A DNA stretch of 64,000 bases from contig OZ024742.1 of assembly GCA_964016885.1 (NCBI GenBank), positions 365,800,001-365,864,000 on the forward strand, read 5' to 3'. Source of the stretch: Eledone cirrhosa. Taxonomy: Eukaryota. Each line of letters opens with the position of its first letter. Positions within the stretch are counted from its first letter, which is position 1. This document shows positions 1 to 15,000 of the stretch, piece after piece. The notes under the pieces are model-generated. The model saw only the letters and a program-made list of their open reading frames with translations, was not told the origin of the DNA and did not search any database. A program made the position numbers and the translations under genes.

Positions 1-3000
1 TGTCAGAAAACTATATTCCATATATTGTCAGAAAACTATATTCCATATATTGTCAGAAAACTATATTCCATATATTGTCAGAAAACTATATTCCATATAT
101 TGTTGTCAGAAAACTATATTCCATATATTGTCAGAAAACTATATTCCATATATTGTTGTCAGAAAACTATATTCCATATATTGTCAGAAAACTATATTCC
201 ATATATTGTCAGAAAACTATATTCCATATATTGTCAGAAAACTATATTCCATATGTTGTCAGAAAACTATATTCCATATATTGTTGTCAGAAAACTATAT
301 TCCATATATTGTCAGAAAACTATATTCCATATATTGTCAGAAAACTATATTCCATATGTTGTCAGAAAACTATATTCCATATATTGTTGTCAGAAAACTA
401 TATTCCAGATATTGTTGTCAGAAAACTATATTCCATATACTGTCAGAAAACTATATTCCATATATTGTCAGAAAACTATATTCTATATGTTGTCAGAAAA
501 CTATATTCCATATATTGTTGTCAGAAAACTATATTCCATATATTGTCAGAAAACTATTTCCATATATTGTTGTCAGGAAACTATATTCCATATATTGTCA
601 GACAACTATATTCCATATATTGTTGTCAGTAAACTATATTCCATTTATTGTTGTCAGAAAACTATATTCCATATATTGTTGTCAGAAAACTATATTCCAT
701 ATATTGTTGTCAGTAAACAATATTCCATATATTGTCAGAAAACTATATTCCATATATTGTTGTCAGTAAACTATATTCCATATATTGTTGTCAGAAAACT
801 ATATTCCATATATTGTCAGAAAACTATATTCCATATATTGTTGTCAGAAAACTATATTCCATATATTGTCAGAAAACTATATTCCATATATTGTTGTCAG
901 AAAACTATATTCCATATATTGTCAGAAAACTATATTCCATATATTGTTGTCAGAAAACTATATTCCATATATTGTCAGACTACTATATTCCATATATTGT
1001 TGTCAGTAAACTATATTCCATATATTGTTGTTAGAAAACTATATTCCATATATTGTTGTCAGAAAACTATATTCCATATATTGTTGTCAGTAAACTATAT
1101 TCCATATATTGTCAGAAAACTATATTCCATATATTGTTGTCAGAAAACTATATTCCATATATTGTCAGAAAACTATATTCCATATATTGTTGTCAGAAAA
1201 CTATATTCCATATATTGTCAGAAAACTATATTCCATATATTGTCAGAAAACTATATTCCATATATTGATGTCTGAAAACTATATTCCATATATTGTCAGA
1301 AAACTATATTACATATATTGTTGTCAGAAAACTATATTCCATATATTGTCAGAAAACTATATTCCATATATTGTTTTCAGAAAACTATATTCCATATATT
1401 GTCAGACAACTATATTCCATATATTGTTGTCAGTAAACTATATTCCATATATTGTTGTTAGAAAACTATATTCCATATATTGTTGTCAGAAAACTATATT
1501 CCATATATTGTCAGAAAACTATATTCCTTATATTGTTGTCAGAAAACTATATTCCATATATTGTCAGAAAACTATATTCCATATATTGTTGTCAGAAAAC
1601 TATATTCCATATATTGTCAGAAAACTATATTCCATATATTGTTGTCAGAAAACTATATTCCATATATTGTCAGAAAACTATATTCCATATATTGTTGTCA
1701 GTAAACTATATTCCATATATTGTCAGAAAACTATATTCCATATATTGTTGTCAGAAAACTATATTCCATATATTGTCAGAAAACTATATTCCATATATTG
1801 TTGTCAGAAAACTATATTCCATATATTGTCAGAAAACTATATTCCATATATTGTTGTCAGAAAACTATATTCCATATATTGTCAGAAAACTATATTCCAT
1901 ATATTGTCAGAAAACTATATTCCATATATTGTTGTCAGAAAACTATATTCCATATATTGTTGTCAGAAAACTATATTCCATATATTGTCAGAAAACTATA
2001 TTCCATATATTGTTGTCAGAAAACTATATTCCATATATTGTCAGAAAACTATATTCCATATATTGTCAGAAAACTATATTCCATATATTGATGTCAGAAA
2101 ACTATATTCCATATATTGTCAGAAAACTATATTCCATATATTGTTGTCAGTAAACTATATTCCATATATTGTCAGAAAACTATATTCCATATATTGTCAG
2201 AAAACTATATGCCATATATTGTTGTCAGAAAACTATATTCCATATATTGTCAGAAAACTATATTCCATATATTGTCAGAAAACTATATTCCATATATTGT
2301 TGTCAGAAAACTATATTCCATATATTGTCAGAAAACTATATTCCATATATTGTCAGAAAACTATATTCCATATATTGTTGTCAGAAAACAATATTCCATA
2401 TATTGTCAGAAAACTATATTCCATATATTGTTGTCAGAAAACTATATTCCATATATTGTCAGAAAACTATATTCCATATATTGTTGTCAGAAAACTATAT
2501 TCCATATATTGTCAGAAAACTATATTCCATATATTGTCAGAAAACTATATTCCATATATTGTCAGAAAACTATATTCCATATATTGTCAGAAAACTATAT
2601 TCCATATATTGTTGTCAGAAAACTATATTCCATATATTGTTGTCAGAAAACTATATTCCATATATTGTTGTCAGAAATCTATATTCCATATATTGTCAGA
2701 AAACTATATTCCATATATTGTTGTCAGAAAACTATATTCCATATATTGTCAGAAAACTATATTCCATATATTGTTGTCAGAAAACTATATTCCATATATT
2801 GTCAGAAAACTATATTCCATATATTGTCAGAAAACTATATTCCATATATTGTCAGAAAACTATATGCCATATATTGTTGTCAGAAAACTATATTCCATAT
2901 ATTGTCAGAAAACTATATTCCATATATTGTCAGAAAACTATATTCCATATATTGTTGTCAGAAAACTATATTCCATATATTGTCAGAAAACTATATTCCA

Positions 3001-6000
3001 TATATTGTCAGAAAACTATATTCCATATATTGTTGTCAGAAAACAATATTCCATATATTGTCAGAAAACTATATTCCATATATTGTTGTCAGAAAACTAT
3101 ATTCCATATATTGTCAGAAAACTATATTCCATATATTGTTGTCAGAAAACTATATTCCATATATTGTCAGAAAACTATATTCCATATATTGTCAGAAAAC
3201 TATATTCCATATATTGTCAGAAAACTATATTCCATATATTGTCAGAAAACTATATTCCATATATTGTTGTCAGAAAACTATATTCCATATATTGTTGTCA
3301 GAAAACTATATTCCATATATTGTTGTCAGAAAACTATATTCCATATATTGTCAGAAAACTATATTCCATATATTGTCAGAAAACTATATTCCATATATTG
3401 TCAGAAAGCTATATTCCATATATTGTCAGAAAACTATATTCCATATATAGTTGTCAGTAAACTATATTCCATATATTGTCAGAAAACTATATTCCATATA
3501 TTGTCAGAAAACTATATGCCATATATTGTCAGAAAACTATATGCCATATATTGTCAGAAAACTATATTCCATATATTGTCAGAAAACTATATTCCATATA
3601 TTGTCAGAAAACTATATTCCATATATTGTCAGAAAACTATATTCCATGTATTGTTGTCAGAAAACTATATTCCATATATTGTCAGACAACTATATTCCAT
3701 ATATTGTTGTCAGAAGACTATATTCCATATATTGTCAGAAAACTATATGCCATATATTGTCAGAAAACTATATTCCATATATTGTCAGAAAACTATATTC
3801 CATATATCGTTGTCAGAAAACTATATTCCATATATTGTCAGAAAACTATATGCCATATATTGTCAGAAAACTATATTCCATATATTGTTGTCAGAAAACT
3901 ATATTCCATATATTGTCCGACAACTATATTCCATATATTGTTGTCAGAAAACTATATTCCATATATTGTCAGAAAACTATATTCCATATATTGTTGTCAG
4001 TAAACTATATTCCTTATATTGTTGTCAGTAAACTATATTCCATATATTGTTGTCAGTAAACTATATTCCATATATTGTTGTCAGCAAACTATATTCCAAA
4101 TATTGTCAGAAAACTATATTCCATATATTGTTGTCAGTAAACTATATTCCATATATTGTTGTCAGAAAACTATATTCCATATATTGTTGTCAGTAAATTA
4201 TATTCCATATATTGTCAGAAAACTATATTCCATATATTGTTGTCAGAAAACTATATTCCATATATTGTTGTCAGTAAACTATATTCCATATATTGTCAGA
4301 AAACTATATTCTATATATTGTTGTCAGAAAACCATATTCCATATATTGTTGTCAGAAAACTATATTCCATATATTGTTGTCAGTAAACTATATTCCATAT
4401 ATTGTTGTCAGAAAACTATATTCCATATATTGTCAGAAAACTATATTCCATATATTGTCAGAAAACTATATTCCATATATTGTTGTCAGAAAACAATATT
4501 CCATATATCGTCAGAAAACTATATTCCATATATTGTTGTCAGAAAACTATATTCCATATATTGTCAGAAAACTATATTCCATATATTGTTGTCAGAAAAC
4601 TATATTCCATATATTGTCAGAAAACTATATTCCATATATTGTCAGAAAACTATATTCCATATATTGTCAGAAAACTATATTCCATATATTGTCAGAAAAC
4701 TATATTCCATATATTGTTGTCAGAAAACTATATTCCATATATTGTTGTCAGAAAACTATATTCCATATATTGTTGTCAGAAAACTATATTCCATATATTG
4801 TCAGAAAACTATATTCCATATATTGTCAGAAAACTATATGCCATATATTGTCAGAAAACTATATTCCATATATTGTCAGAAAACTCTATTCCATATATTG
4901 TCAGAAAGCTATATTCCATATATTGTCAGAAAACTATATTCCATATATTGTTGTCAGTAAACTATATTCCATATATTGTCAGAAAACTATATTCCATATA
5001 TTGTCAGAAAACTATATGCCATATATTGTCAGAAAACTATATGCCATATATTGTCAGAAAACTATATTCCATATATTGTCAGAAAACTATATTCCATATA
5101 TTGTCAGAAAACTATATTCCATATATTGTCAGAAAACTATATTCCATGTATTGTTGTCATAAAACTATATTCCATATATTGTCAGACAACTATATTCCAT
5201 ATATTGTTGTCAGAAGACTATATTCCATATATTGTCAGAAAACTATATACCATATATTGTCAGAAAACTATATTCCATATATTGTCAGAAAACTATATTC
5301 CATATATCGTTGTCAGAAAACTATATTCCATATATTGTCAGAAAACTATATGCCATATATTGTCAGAAAACTATATTCCATATATTGTTGTCAGAAAACT
5401 ATATTCCATATATTGTCAGACAACTATATTCCATATATTGTTGTCAGAAAACTATATTCCATATATTGTCAGAAAACTATATTCCATATATTGTTGTCAG
5501 TAAACTATATTCCATATATTGTTGTCAGTAAACTATATTCCATATATTGTTGACAGTAAACTATATTCCATATATTGTTGTCAGCAAACTATATTCCAAA
5601 TATTGTCAGAAAACTATATTCCATATATTGTTGTCAGTAAACTATATTCCATATATTGTTGTCAGAAAACTATATTCCATATATTGTTGTCAGTAAACTA
5701 TATTCCATATATTGTCAGAAAACTATATTCCATATATTGTTGTCAGAAAACTATATTCCATATATTGTTGTCAGTAAACTATATTCCATATATTGTTGTC
5801 AGAAAATTATATTCCATATATTGTTGTCAGTAAACTATATTCCATATATTGTTGTCAGTAAACTATATTCCATATATTGTTGTCAGAAAACTATATTCCA
5901 TATATTGTTGTCAGAAAACTATATTCCATATATTGTTGTCAGTAAACTATATTCCATATATTGTCAGACAACTATATTCCATATATTGTTGTCAGTAAAC

Positions 6001-9000
6001 TATATTCCATATATTGTCAGAAAACTATATTCCATATATTGTTGTCAGAAAACTATATTCCATATATTGTTGTCAGTAAACTATATTCCATATATTGTCA
6101 GAAAACTATATTCCATATATTGTTGTCAGAAAACTATATTCCATATATTGTTGTCAGAAAACTATATTCCATATATTGTTGTCAGTAAACTATATTCCAT
6201 ATATTGTTGTCAGAAAACTATATTCCATATATTGTCAGAAAACTATATTCCATATATTGTTGTCAGAAAACTATATTCCATATATTGTTGTCAGTAAACT
6301 ATATTCCATATATTGTCAGACAACTATATTCCATATATTGTTGTCAGAAAACTATATTCCATATATTGTCAGAAAACTATATTCCATATATTGTTGTCAG
6401 TAAACTATATTCCATATATTGTTGTCAGAAAACTATATTCCATATATTGTTGTCAGTAAATTATATTCCATATATTGTCAGAAAACTATATTCCATATAT
6501 TGTTGTCAGTAAACTATATTCCATATATTTTCAGAAAACTATATTCCATATATTGTTGTCAGTAAACTATATTCCATATATTGTCAGAAAACTATATTCC
6601 ATATATTGTTGTCAGAAAACTATATTCCATATATTGTTGTCAGTAAACTATATTCCATATATTGTCAGAAAACTATATTCCATATATTGTTGTCAGTAAA
6701 CTATATTCCATATATTGTCAGAAAACTATATTCCATATATTGTTGTCAGTAAACTATATTCCATATATTGTCAGAAAACTATATTCCATATATTGTTGTC
6801 AGTAAACTATATTCCATATATTGTCAGAAAACTATATTCCATATATTGTTGTCAGAAAACTATATTCCATATATTGTTGTCAGTAAACTATATTCCATAT
6901 ATTGTCAGAAAACTATATTCCATATATTGTTGTCAGAAAACTATATTCCATATATTGTTTTCAGTAAACTATATTCCATATATTGTCAGAAAACTATATT
7001 CCATATATTGTTGTCAGAAAACTATATTCCATATATTGTCAGACAACTATATTCCATATATTGTTGTCAGAAAACTATATTCCATATATTGTCAAACAAC
7101 TATATTCCATATATTGTTGTCAGTAAACTATATTCCATATATTGTTGTCAGTAAACTATATTCCATATATTGTTGTCAGTAAACTATATTCCATATATTG
7201 TTGTTAGAAAACTATATTCCATATATTGTCAGAAAACTATATTCCATATATTGTTGTCAGTAAACTATATTCCATATATTGTTGTCAGAAAACTATATTC
7301 CATATATTGTTGTCAGTAAACTATATTCCATATATTGTCAGAAAACTATATTCCATATATTGTTGTCAGAAAACTATATTCCATATATTGTTGTCAGTAA
7401 ACTATATTCCATATATTGTTGTCAGAAAACTATATTCCATATATTGTTGTCAGTAAACTATATTCCATATATTGTTGTCAGTAAACTATATTCCATATAT
7501 TGTTGTCAGAAAACTATATTCCATATATTGTTGTCAGAAAACTATATTCCATATATTGTTGTCAGTAAACTATATTCCATATATTGTCAGACAACTATAT
7601 TCCATATATTGTTGTCAGTAAACTATATTCAATATATTGTCAGAAAACTATATTCCATATATTGTTGTCAGAAAACTATATTCCATATATTGTTGTCAGT
7701 AAACTATATTCCATATATTGTCAGAAAACTATATTCCATATATTGTTGTCAGAAAACTATATTCCATATATTGTTGTCAGAAAACTATATTCCATATATT
7801 GTTGTCAGTAAACTATATTCCATATATTGTTGTCAGAAAACTATATTCCATATATTGTCAGAAAACTATATTCCATATATTGTTGTCAGAAAACTATATT
7901 CCATATATTGTTGTCAGTAAACTATATTCCATATATTGTCAGACAACTATATTCCATATATTGTTGTCAGAAAACTATATTCCATATATTGTCAGAAAAC
8001 TATATTCCATATATTGTTGTCAGTAAACTATATTCCATATATTGTTGTCAGAAAACTATATTCCATATATTGTTGTCAGTAAACTATATTCCATATATTG
8101 TCAGAAAACTATATTCCATATATTGTTGTCAGTAAACTATATTCCATATATTGTCAGAAAACTATATTCCATATATTGTTGTCAGTAAACTATATTCCAT
8201 ATGTTGTCAGAAAACTATATTCCATATATTGTTGTCAGAAAACTATATTCCATATATTGTTGTCAGTAAACTATATTCCATATATTGTCAGAAATCTATA
8301 TTCCATATATTGTTGTCAGTAAACTATATTCCATATATTGTCAGAAAACTATATTCCATATATTGTTGTCAGTAAACTATATTCCATATATTGTCAGAAA
8401 ACTATATTCCATATATTGTTGTCAGTAAACTATATTCCATATATTGTCAGAAAACTATATTCCATATATTGTTGTCAGAAAACTATATTCCATATATTGT
8501 TGTCAGTAAACTATATTCCATATATTGTCAGAAAACTATATTCCATATATTGTTGTCAGAAAACTATATTCCATATATTGTTGTCAGTAAACTATATTCC
8601 ATATATTGTCAGAAAACTATATTCCATATATTGTTGTCAGTAAACTATATTCCATATATTGTCAGAAAACTATATTCCATATATTGTTGTCAGAAAACTA
8701 TATTCCATATATTGTTGTCAGTAAACTATATTCCATATATTGTCAGAAAACTATATTCCATATATTGTTGTCAGAAAACTATATTCCATATATTGTTTTC
8801 AGTAAACTATATTCCATATATTGTCAGAAAACTATATTCCATATATTGTTGTCAGAAAACTATATTCCATATATTGTTGTCAGTAAACTATATTCCATAT
8901 ATTGTTGTCAGAAAATTATATTCCATATATTGTTGTCAGTAAACTATATTCCATATATTGTTGTCAGTAAACTATATTCCATATATTGTTTTCAGTAAAC

Positions 9001-12000
9001 TATATTCCATATATTGTTGTTAGAAAACTATATTCCATATATTGTCAGAAAACTATATTCCATATATTGTCAGAAAACTATATTCCATATATTGTCAGAA
9101 AACTATATTCCATATATTGTCAGAAAACTATATTCCATATATTGTTGTCAGAAAACTATATTCCATATATTGTCAGAAAACTATATTCCATATATTGTTG
9201 TCAGTAAACTATATTTCATATATTGTCAGAAAACTATATTCCATATATTGTTGTCAGAAAACTATATTCCATATATTGTCAGAAAACTATATTCCATATA
9301 TTGTCAGAAAACTATATTCCATATATTGTCAGAAAACTATATTCCATATATTGTTGTCAGAAAACTATATTCCATATATTGTCAGAAAACTATATTCCAT
9401 ATATTGTTGTCAGAAAACTATATTCCATATATTGTCAGAAAACTATATTCCATATATTGTCAGAAAACTATATTCCATATATTGTCAGAAAACTATATTC
9501 CATATGTTGTCAGAAAACTATATTCCATATATTGTTGTCAGAAAACTATATTCCATATATTGTCAGAAAACTATATTCCATATATTGTTGTCAGAAAACT
9601 ATATTCCATATATTGTCAGACAACTATATTCCATATATTGTTGTCAGTAAACTATATTCCATTTATTGTTGGCAGAAAACTATATTCCATATATTGTTGT
9701 CAGAAAACTATATTCCATATATTGTTGTCAGTAAACAATATTCCATATATTGTCAGAAAACTATATTCCATAAATTGTTGTCAGTAAACTATATTCCATA
9801 TATTGTTGTCAGAAAACTATATTCCATATATTGTCAGAAAACTATATTCCATATATTGTTGTCAGTAAACTATATTCCATATATTGTCAGAAAACTATAT
9901 TCCATATATTGTTGTCAGAAAACTATATTACATATATTGTCAGAAAACTATATTCCATATATTGTCAGAAAACTATATTCCATATATCGTTGTCAGAAAA
10001 CTATATTCCATATATTGATGTCTGAAAACTATATTCCATATATTGTCAGAAAACTATATTCTATATATTGTTGTCAGTTAACTATATTCCATATATTGTC
10101 AGAAAACTATATTCCATATATTGTTGTCAGAAAACTATATTCCATATATTGTCAGAGAACTATATTCTATATATTGTTGTCAGGAAACTATATTCCATAT
10201 ATTGTCAGACATCTATATTCCATATATTGTTGTCAGTAAACTATATTCCATATATTGTTGTTAGAAAACTATATTCCATATATTGTCAGAAAACTATATT
10301 CCATATATTGTCAGAAAACTATATTCCATATATTGTCAGAAAACTATATTCCATATATTGTCAGAAAACTATATTCCATATATTGTTGTCAGAAAACTAT
10401 ATTCCATATATTGTCAGAAAACTATATTCCATATATTGTTGTCAGTAAACTATATTTCATATATTGTCAGAAAACTATATTCCATATATTGTTGTCAGAA
10501 AACTATATTCCATATATTGTCAGAAAACTATATTCCATATATTGTCAGAAAACTATATTCCATATATTGTTGTCAGAAAACTATATTTCATATAGTGTCA
10601 GAAAACTATATTCCATATATTGTCAGAAAACTATATTCCATATATTGTTGTCAGACAACTATATTCCATATATTGTTGTCAGAAAACTATATTCCATATA
10701 TTGTCAGAAAACTATATTCCATATATTGTTGTCAGTAAACTATATTCCATATATTGTCAGAAAACTATATTCCATATATTGTCAGAAAACTATATTCCAT
10801 ATATTGTCAGAAAACTATATTCCATATATTGTCAGAAAACTATATTCCATATATTGTTGTCTGAAAACTATATTCCATATATTGTCAGACAACTATAATC
10901 CATATATTGTTGTCAGTAAACTATATTCCATATATTGTTGTCAGAAAACTATTTTCCATATATTGTTGTCAGTAAACTATATTCCATATATTGTCAGAAA
11001 AATATATTCCATATATTGTTGTCAGAAAACTATATTCCATATATTGTCAGAAAACTATATTCCATATATTGTTGTCAGAAAACTATATTCCATATATTGT
11101 CAGAAAACTATATTCCATATATTGTTGTCAGAAAACTATATTCCATATATTGTCAGAAAACTATATTCCATATATTGTTGTCAGAAAACTATATTCCATA
11201 TATTGTCAGAAAACTATATTCCATATATTGTCAGAAAACTATATTCCATATATTGTCAAAAAACTATATTCCATATATTGTCAGAAAACTATATTCCATA
11301 TATTGTTGTCAGAAAACTATATTCCATATATTGTCAGAAAACTATATTCCATATATTGTCAGAAAACTGTATTCCATATATTGTTGTCTGAAAACTATAT
11401 TCCATATATTGTCAGACAACTATATTCCATATATTGTTGTCAGTAAACTATATTCCATATATTGTTGTCAGAAAACTATATTCCATATATTGTTGTAAGA
11501 AAACTATATTCCATATATTGTCAGAAAAATATATTCCAAATATTGTTGTCAGAAAACTATATTCCATATATTGTCAGAAAACTATATTCCATATATTGTC
11601 AGAAAACTATATTCCATATATTGTTGTCAGAAAACTATATTCCATATATGGTTGTCAGTAAACTATATTCCATATATTGTCAGAAAACTATATTCCATAT
11701 ATTGTTGTCAGAAAACTATATTCCATATATTGTTGTCAGAAAACTATATTCCATATATTGTCAGAAAACTATATTCCATATATTGTCAGAAAACTATATT
11801 CCATATATTGTTGTCAGTAAACTATATTCCATATATTGTCAGAAAACTATATTCCATATATCGTTGTCAGAAAACTATATTCCATATATTGATGTCTGAA
11901 AACTATATTCCATATATTGTCAGAAAACTATATTCCATATATTGTTGTCAGTAAACTATATTCCATATATTGTCAGAAAACTATATTCCATATATTGTTG

Positions 12001-15000
12001 TCAGAAAACTATATTCCATATATTGTCAGAAAACTATATTCCATATATTGTTGTCAGAAAACTATATTCCATATATTGTGAGAAAACTATTTTCCATATA
12101 TTGTCAGAAAACTATATTCCATATATTGATGTCTGAAAACTATATTCCATATATTGTCAGAAAACTATATTACATATATTGTTGTCAGAAAACTATATTC
12201 CATATATTGTCAGAAAACTATATTCCATATATTGTTGTCAGAAAACTATATTCCATATATTGTCAGAAAACTATATTCCATATATTGTTGTCAGTAAACT
12301 ATATTCCATATATTGTCAGAAAACTATATTCCATATATTGTTGTCAGAATACTATATTCCATATATTGTCAGAAAACTATATTCCATATATTGTTGTCAG
12401 AAAACTATATTCCATATATTGTCAGAAAACTATATTCCATATATTGTTGTCAGAAAACTATATTCCATATATTGTCAGAAAACTATATTCCATATATTGT
12501 CAGAAAACTATATTCCATATATTGTTGTCAGAAAACTATATTCCATATATTGTTGTCAGAAAACTATATTCCATATATTGTCAGAAAACTATATTCCATA
12601 TATTGTCAGAAAACTATATTCCATATATTGTTGTCAGTAAACTATATTTCATATATTGTCAGAAAACTATATTCCATATATTGTTGTCAGAAAACTATAT
12701 TCCATATATTGTCAGAAAACTATATTCCATATATTGTCAGAAAACTATATTCCATATATTGTCAGAAAACTATATTCCATATATTGTTGTCAGAAAACTA
12801 TATTCCATATATTGTCAGAAAACTATATTCCATATATTGTTGTCAGAAAACTATATTCCATATATTGTCAGAAAACTATATTCCATATATTGTCAGAAAA
12901 CTATATTCCATATATTGTCAGAAAACTATATTCCATATGTTGTCAGAAAACTATATTCCATATATTGTTGTCAGAAAACTATATTCCATATATTGTCAGA
13001 AAACTATATTCCATATATTGTTGTCAGAAAACTATATTCCATATATTGTCAGACAACTATATTCCATATATTGTTGTCAGTAAACTATATTCCATTTATT
13101 GTTGGCAGAAAACTATATTCCATATATTGTTGTCAGAAAACTATATTCCATATATTGTTGTCAGTAAACAATATTCCATATATTGTCAGAAAACTATATT
13201 CCATAAATTGTTGTCAGTAAACTATATTCCATATATTGTTGTCAGAAAACTATATTCCATATATTGTCAGAAAACTATATTCCATATATTGTTGTCAGTA
13301 AACTATATTCCATATATTGTCAGAAAACTATATTCCATATATTGTTGTCAGAAAACTATATTACATATATTGTCAGAAAACTATATTCCATATATTGTCA
13401 GAAAACTATATTCCATATATCGTTGTCAGAAAACTATATTCCATATATTGATGTCTGAAAACTATATTCCATATATTGTCAGAAAACTATATTCTATATA
13501 TTGTTGTCAGTTAACTATATTCCATATATTGTCAGAAAACTATATTCCATATATTGTTGTCAGAAAACTATATTCCATATATTGTCAGAGAACTATATTC
13601 TATATATTGTTGTCAGGAAACTATATTCCATATATTGTCAGACATCTATATTCCATATATTGTTGTCAGTAAACTATATTCCATATATTGTTGTTAGAAA
13701 ACTATATTCCATATATTGTCAGAAAACTATATTCCATATATTGTCAGAAAACTATATTCCATATATTGTCAGAAAACTATATTCCATATATTGTCAGAAA
13801 ACTATATTCCATATATTGTTGTCAGAAAACTATATTCCATATATTGTCAGAAAACTATATTCCATATATTGTTGTCAGTAAACTATATTTCATATATTGT
13901 CAGAAAACTATATTCCATATATTGTTGTCAGAAAACTATATTCCATATATTGTCAGAAAACTATATTCCATATATTGTCAGAAAACTATATTCCATATAT
14001 TGTTGTCAGAAAACTATATTTCATATAGTGTCAGAAAACTATATTCCATATATTGTCAGAAAACTATATTCCATATATTGTTGTCAGACAACTATATTCC
14101 ATATATTGTTGTCAGAAAACTATATTCCATATATTGTCAGAAAACTATATTCCATATATTGTTGTCAGTAAACTATATTCCATATATTGTCAGAAAACTA
14201 TATTCCATATATTGTCAGAAAACTATATTCCATATATTGTCAGAAAACTATATTCCATATATTGTCAGAAAACTATATTCCATATATTGTTGTCTGAAAA
14301 CTATATTCCATATATTGTCAGACAACTATAATCCATATATTGTTGTCAGTAAACTATATTCCATATATTGTTGTCAGAAAACTATTTTCCATATATTGTT
14401 GTCAGTAAACTATATTCCATATATTGTCAGAAAAATATATTCCATATATTGTTGTCAGAAAACTATATTCCATATATTGTCAGAAAACTATATTCCATAT
14501 ATTGTTGTCAGAAAACTATATTCCATATATTGTCAGAAAACTATATTCCATATATTGTTGTCAGAAAACTATATTCCATATATTGTCAGAAAACTATATT
14601 CCATATATTGTTGTCAGAAAACTATATTCCATATATTGTCAGAAAACTATATTCCATATATTGTCAGAAAACTATATTCCATATATTGTCAAAAAACTAT
14701 ATTCCATATATTGTCAGAAAACTATATTCCATATATTGTTGTCAGAAAACTATATTCCATATATTGTCAGAAAACTATATTCCATATATTGTCAGAAAAC
14801 TGTATTCCATATATTGTTGTCTGAAAACTATATTCCATATATTGTCAGACAACTATATTCCATATATTGTTGTCAGTAAACTATATTCCATATATTGTTG
14901 TCAGAAAACTATATTCCATATATTGTTGTAAGAAAACTATATTCCATATATTGTCAGAAAAATATATTCCAAATATTGTTGTCAGAAAACTATATTCCAT

